Below, in pieces: positions 59,189 through 64,000 of a DNA stretch of 64,000 bases. Positions within the stretch are counted from its first letter, which is position 1; every line of letters begins with the position of its first letter. Source of the stretch: Lingula anatina (lineage: Eukaryota; Animalia; Brachiopoda); contig CM120640.1 in the NCBI GenBank assembly GCA_051362555.1, positions 59,064,788 through 59,128,787 on the forward strand, read 5' to 3'. Made by a program: the position numbers and the translations under genes. Under the pieces are notes generated by a model. That model had not been told where the DNA came from. It saw only the letters and a list, made by a program, of their open reading frames with translations, and made no database searches.

Positions 59189-61194
59189 AGCGTGCCAGGG
59201 GCTTGGACTGTCCCTGGGGGTGGATAATTCCAAATTCCTTTCATGCTGTAATTTCTGTTATTTCTAGACCACTATACCTGGGGGTGGACAATGGTAAAAG
59301 TGCAGGGGAGTACGATAGCTACTCATCAACGCCATCTAGGTTGTTGTTTTTTTTTTGTCAGAGGCAAAAAGAGGAAGTACATAAAAACTTTCAAGATAAA
59401 ACACTGAGAATGATCTTGAAGTTGACAACTCTATTGCATTAAAACAACTGATCTATTTTACAACCTGATCTTCTCATTAGGATAGCTCAGTTAATATTCC
59501 TGTTGATATATTTGTTGGTGCTTTTTCTACCTAAAATCAAGTTTCAGGAGTACAGAAACATCACTGGCTCACATCTATCAAGTGGCTGCCATCCATTAAC
59601 TGGCAAGCTATACTTATTTGTATGAATGTCAGATATCTAAAAAAAATCATACAAGTTTTTTTGGCGTTTCATCTAATTTTTTTGGTTAGTTTTCCTGTAT
59701 ATTTTACACCGCATACCACATAATCTTGATGAGGTACTTTATGGTTTCCTGTACCAGTTTACTCTATACTTCCTCATTCATCTGACCATACTTTTCAATT
59801 TGCAATTTCAAAAGCTGTTTTTAATTGCAAAAAATGTAAACTTCTATTTTCAAATCTCTTACAATCCCAGAATAATGCTACTGTAAAGAATATTCAAAAG
59901 TAAAAAAAAAACTTCCTAAAACCAGATGCTTGTGAAAAAGGAAGTGACCCAACCTGAGGTTCTGGCAGAAAATGTGCACTTAAAATTTAGTTTTTAACCA
60001 CTCAAGAAACATGTAACCTTCCCTTCAAAAGTGGTAAAGGAACCTCTACTGTAAAGGACAGCTGGACCTACTTAACTTGGATTAGAAAGAAACTCATATA
60101 ATGAGATGCTGTAGAGGACATCAGAGAGGTACAATATTTATTGAAGGAATACAAAAAGGGGTGACAAGTGGCTTAAACTTAAAATAGAAAAAAATTCAAA
60201 ATGTTTTACACATTTATTTCATTCACTGCTCTGTGCACTGTACACTCTCTGTATTATATATATATTTTTTCTTCTACAAACTCTACATAAATTGGTTCTG
60301 TTGAATGGGAATAAACATTGGCACTAACAAGAACCAAACATGATGTGATTAGTTCTTTCAAACAGCAGGATTCTGAAAGCTGAAAGTGCATACATATACA
60401 TGCCCTTTTAAATTTCTCCATAGCACCTGTCAACTGTAATGTGATCTTTAACTTTAGAATTAGCAGGCAAAGTTGTCAGGTGTCCCTTAATATTCTAAAA
60501 ATTCCAACGCAAATTTTGAGGAAATTTCTCATTTTGTAGCCCAGAAATGCTGTGTGTAAATGATACACACATGCATGCCAATGCTATTTGATAGTTGCTG
60601 TTTCCATTCCAATTTGAAAGCCTACAATTTTTGGCACCACAAACAACTCAGAAATTTTAGTCTCGGGGGTAAGAGAAAAAACTGTAGGCTGTTTTATGCA
60701 ATATGCAAAGGAGAACTTCACAGCTGTAAAAGCCATCCAGTGCTAATAAAAAGTGATCAACTGCAAAAAAGTCTTGCAGATCACAGAGTGGGTGTAACTA
60801 TGATTATACATAACTGCTGAAATATGTCTCACACTACATACCAGTAAGTAATTCACACCTGATAACAACAAAATACCTTTTTAAAATGCAAATACCATTT
60901 CCTGTGCAATGATGCAAATATTTGGGCTTGTTTTTTACTTTCATAAATTTGTTTTTCAAAACATTAATGTTTTTTGTGGCTATCTTTATGAGACCACAAA
61001 CTGATTTTCTTAGTCTCTTTTATATGTTTCTTTTCACACATGACATATTAGTAATATAGGGGCAAAAAATGTGCTAAATAATTTTTTACAAAGGGAGGGT
61101 ATCTATTACACTGAAGAACCAAAAATTCTTTTGCAATTGGTGAAATTCAAGCTTTTCAAAAATTCAAAAAAAGCTAAACGAATAGATTCATGAT

Positions 61195-61452
61195 TTTACC
61201 TCTGCCAAGGAGGTTATGTTTTCACCCCTGTTTGTCTGTCTGTCTGTTTGTTTGTATGTTTGTCTGTCATCAACATAACTCAAAAGGTTATAAACCAATT
61301 TTGAAGATATTTTCAGAAACTGTCAGAAGTGGGCCAAGGAAGGGATGATTAGTTTTTGGTGGTGATCCGGATCAATTATCAATCAATAATCAATAATAAT
61401 CAAAAAATGCTGCCTTGGCGGAGGTCTGCGCTCTCGGAGTGCTTTTCTAGTT
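61195..61452 (+). mobile_element. HINE family D (short Helentron-associated element)
   Basis: TTTACCTCTGCCAAGGAGGT 5' hairpin, (GTYT)n microsatellite, sub-TIR CCTTGGCGGAGGT, hairpin gcgctctcggagtgc, and CTAGTT end in a T-run. Confidence 0.85.
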
Positions 61453-64000
61453 TTAATTATGTTAGCTTATAAAACAAACTCTATTTAAAATAAATGTGAT
61501 AGCCATTGTTTGATGTAATACTAAGTACTTATATATGTATCAAAGCACCTTTTATGCATCCTTTATATATGTGTGAATGCGAATTTTAAAAAAACTTGCA
61601 CATGTCAGAACTGATTTTGCATTTTCTGTTGGTGCTAGTTTTTTTGAATACTGACATCAGCACTGCTAAATCAACCCACTGGCTTTGTTCTTGCCACTTC
61701 AAAAGTTCATTTGCAGTGTAGATCCTTGCCAAACACGGAATAAAGATACTGTTTGGTTTTATAAGATTAACAGTATTAAGGTCATACAAATGAATTTTAA
61801 ATTGAAATTAAGTGTAAAACATATAATTTTCAACTTTTGACCTTATCTTGCCCTCATTAAAGGAATTTCAAACTATTTTAAGAGTTACCCACAATATTGT
61901 GTTCGTGCATCAAATTGAATATGTGTACAATAATGTAAATCTAATGGTAAAAACATTGTTATTCCACTCTTGCACAAGAACAATGTTTCGTATTAGGTAT
62001 CATATTCAAATATATCCACAGTTCTTTATTTAACCCATCTGTAAAAGCAATACTTATATGAATTTACATTTTGTTCAGTGATTTCCCAGTCTTGTATATT
62101 TCCCACCACTCTAACCCCAACAGTTGAAGAGCAATTACCTAAACAATGAGAATGCACAAATGGAAGTTTGGAACAATCATGTAAAATTAGTCTAGGGAAG
62201 TCCCTTCACGGTCATGTAAAGATAGTAAATTCTGTTTTGGATATGCTGGTGATAGCGTCTAAATTCTCATCTGGAAACTTCAATAGAGTGCTTCAAAATT
62301 TTCAAACTGGTGGTCTCTTCCATAGTTAATATGTCCACTTATCCAAAGTAACACAAAAAGATGTATCTGGATAAACATCAGAGAACAATCAGAAATGTGC
62401 TGGTACTTGATGGAAATAACTAAGTTGCAGTATCCTGAAACACTTGGTTTTAAATTTTGAACATTTCCTTCATGTTGAAACATGAGGCAAAAATACAACT
62501 AAATGACACATACCGTTAATTTTTGTTCAGGACACATAAAAGATTGTTCAGATACCAATCAATGTTAGAGGTTATATAATCAATAACACACATACATACA
62601 CTAACACACGCAATACACATATACATTATAGGAGCAATGAATCTGATTTTTTTTTTTTGGGGGGGGGGGGCAGCACAAAAACCTTATGATATTGTGATTT
62701 AAGAATTTTCTTGAAAACAACAAAAATTTCAGTGAAATCACTCAGATCACTTTCATAAGTTGGTTGTTATGACATTAACCACTCATGAATTCAAAATAAC
62801 TAGTCTTCCACATACTATCAATCATAACGTGGAAATGATCATGCTAAAAATTACAGAGCAAAGGAGTACAAAATTAATTCAAGACATTGGATTCCCCTGC
62901 CATTTTTTTATTATTCTTTCTGATACAGTGCACAAATGCTGCAAGAAAAAGTTGTTTCAGCATACCTGCATGTGTTGAAAGTGATAGTATGTGGTGTATT
63001 CTATATATCATGACAGGTGCAAGATAGGCTAAAATAACACCTTTTCTATCTGCTGTCTCAGCAGGTTGGCAAACCACTTCATTCTCTTGTTCTGATTCCG
63101 TGCACTTATACTGAAACAAGCACAAAATAACAACCTTGATATTGGTTTTATGTAAACTCTTCGATCTAAAAGATCGATATAAAGATGAACAATATTTATA
63201 AAGATGAACATCCGCTTATTTCTAATGGCCCAATACATGGGCTATACAGGACATCCTTGTTTCCTTCTGCTTTTGGTAAAAAACTCTCACAGATTGAAGA
63301 TAGCATGGTTTTCAACATCATCATCATCATCTAAGTTTATACTTGTACATGTGCTTGAGTAGGGGTTGGGTTGGGGTGGGGGTGTGGGTGGGGAGAGAAG
63401 AAGACGAGCCTTGGCATAAATGCAGTTGAAAGTTATGAGATGGGACATTCAAAATTAAGTCCATCAAAAAATAAGATTTCCAAATTACAGAATAACATGG
63501 ATTTGCAGATTGAATTCAACCCCTTTAGCTACACATCAGTCGTTTATATGCTAAGCACAAGTTCAAGTTATGTCTTATATTTGGGTGAACTCTGGAAAAT
63601 GAATTCCAAGTGTTTCTGCAGCCCAGTTTCTGCACTTTGTGTGTGTGCATCCTTTCATTTACAAAATGTCAAATGCAGTGTATGTGAAATAGCTAGGATA
63701 GGGGTTCTGCAACATAAGTAGGTGGTGTTAAGTTCTGTCCTAACTTCACTGTTTCATGTGCAAATTTTACAGAATGGGCCCTCTTACTCTGTGTAATCTC
63801 TTAAGCGGTCCTGGAGACAGTTTTAAGAACTAACATTACATTAATGACTGCAATGTCTATATAATATCACATTAAGAGTATAGGGTTCAATCAATACCTA
63901 GGGTTTTTATTTCATAAGCCACAGCTGGAGATACCTAACATCATTACTGTCTACCCAAACTGTCCGACTGCATTTCTTGTTTGAAACTGTTAAAAAATTG

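Overview
AT-rich, intron-rich animal genomic DNA. It is probably a lophotrochozoan such as a mollusc, an inference from gene structure and repeat types. It holds three protein-coding genes. (1) The 5' part of a CCDC62-like coiled-coil gene (minus strand, running off the left edge). (2) A complete 184-aa DENR gene (plus strand, 6 coding exons), head-to-head with CCDC62 across a short CpG-rich promoter carrying NRF1-like and ETS motifs. (3) A large ROS1/Sevenless-family receptor tyrosine kinase on the minus strand, convergent with DENR. I could join 42 phase-compatible GT-AG exons (8332-56518, about 2664 aa); the signal-peptide exon was not found. The ROS1 orthologue has a very long cytoplasmic tail with five ITIM-like and two YxN motifs, a furin-type RRRKR site in the ectodomain, a 27-nt microexon and several candidate alternative exons. 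Its introns are full of non-autonomous elements: at least four Helentron-type (HINE) families, one carrying a ~146-bp satellite with ten DR1 nuclear-receptor sites; an inverted Penelope remnant with two decayed hammerhead ribozymes; an unclassified 2.1-kb TIR element with a 4-bp TSD; and Kolobok-, Harbinger- and hAT-like MITEs. All calls are by eye and no database search was run.
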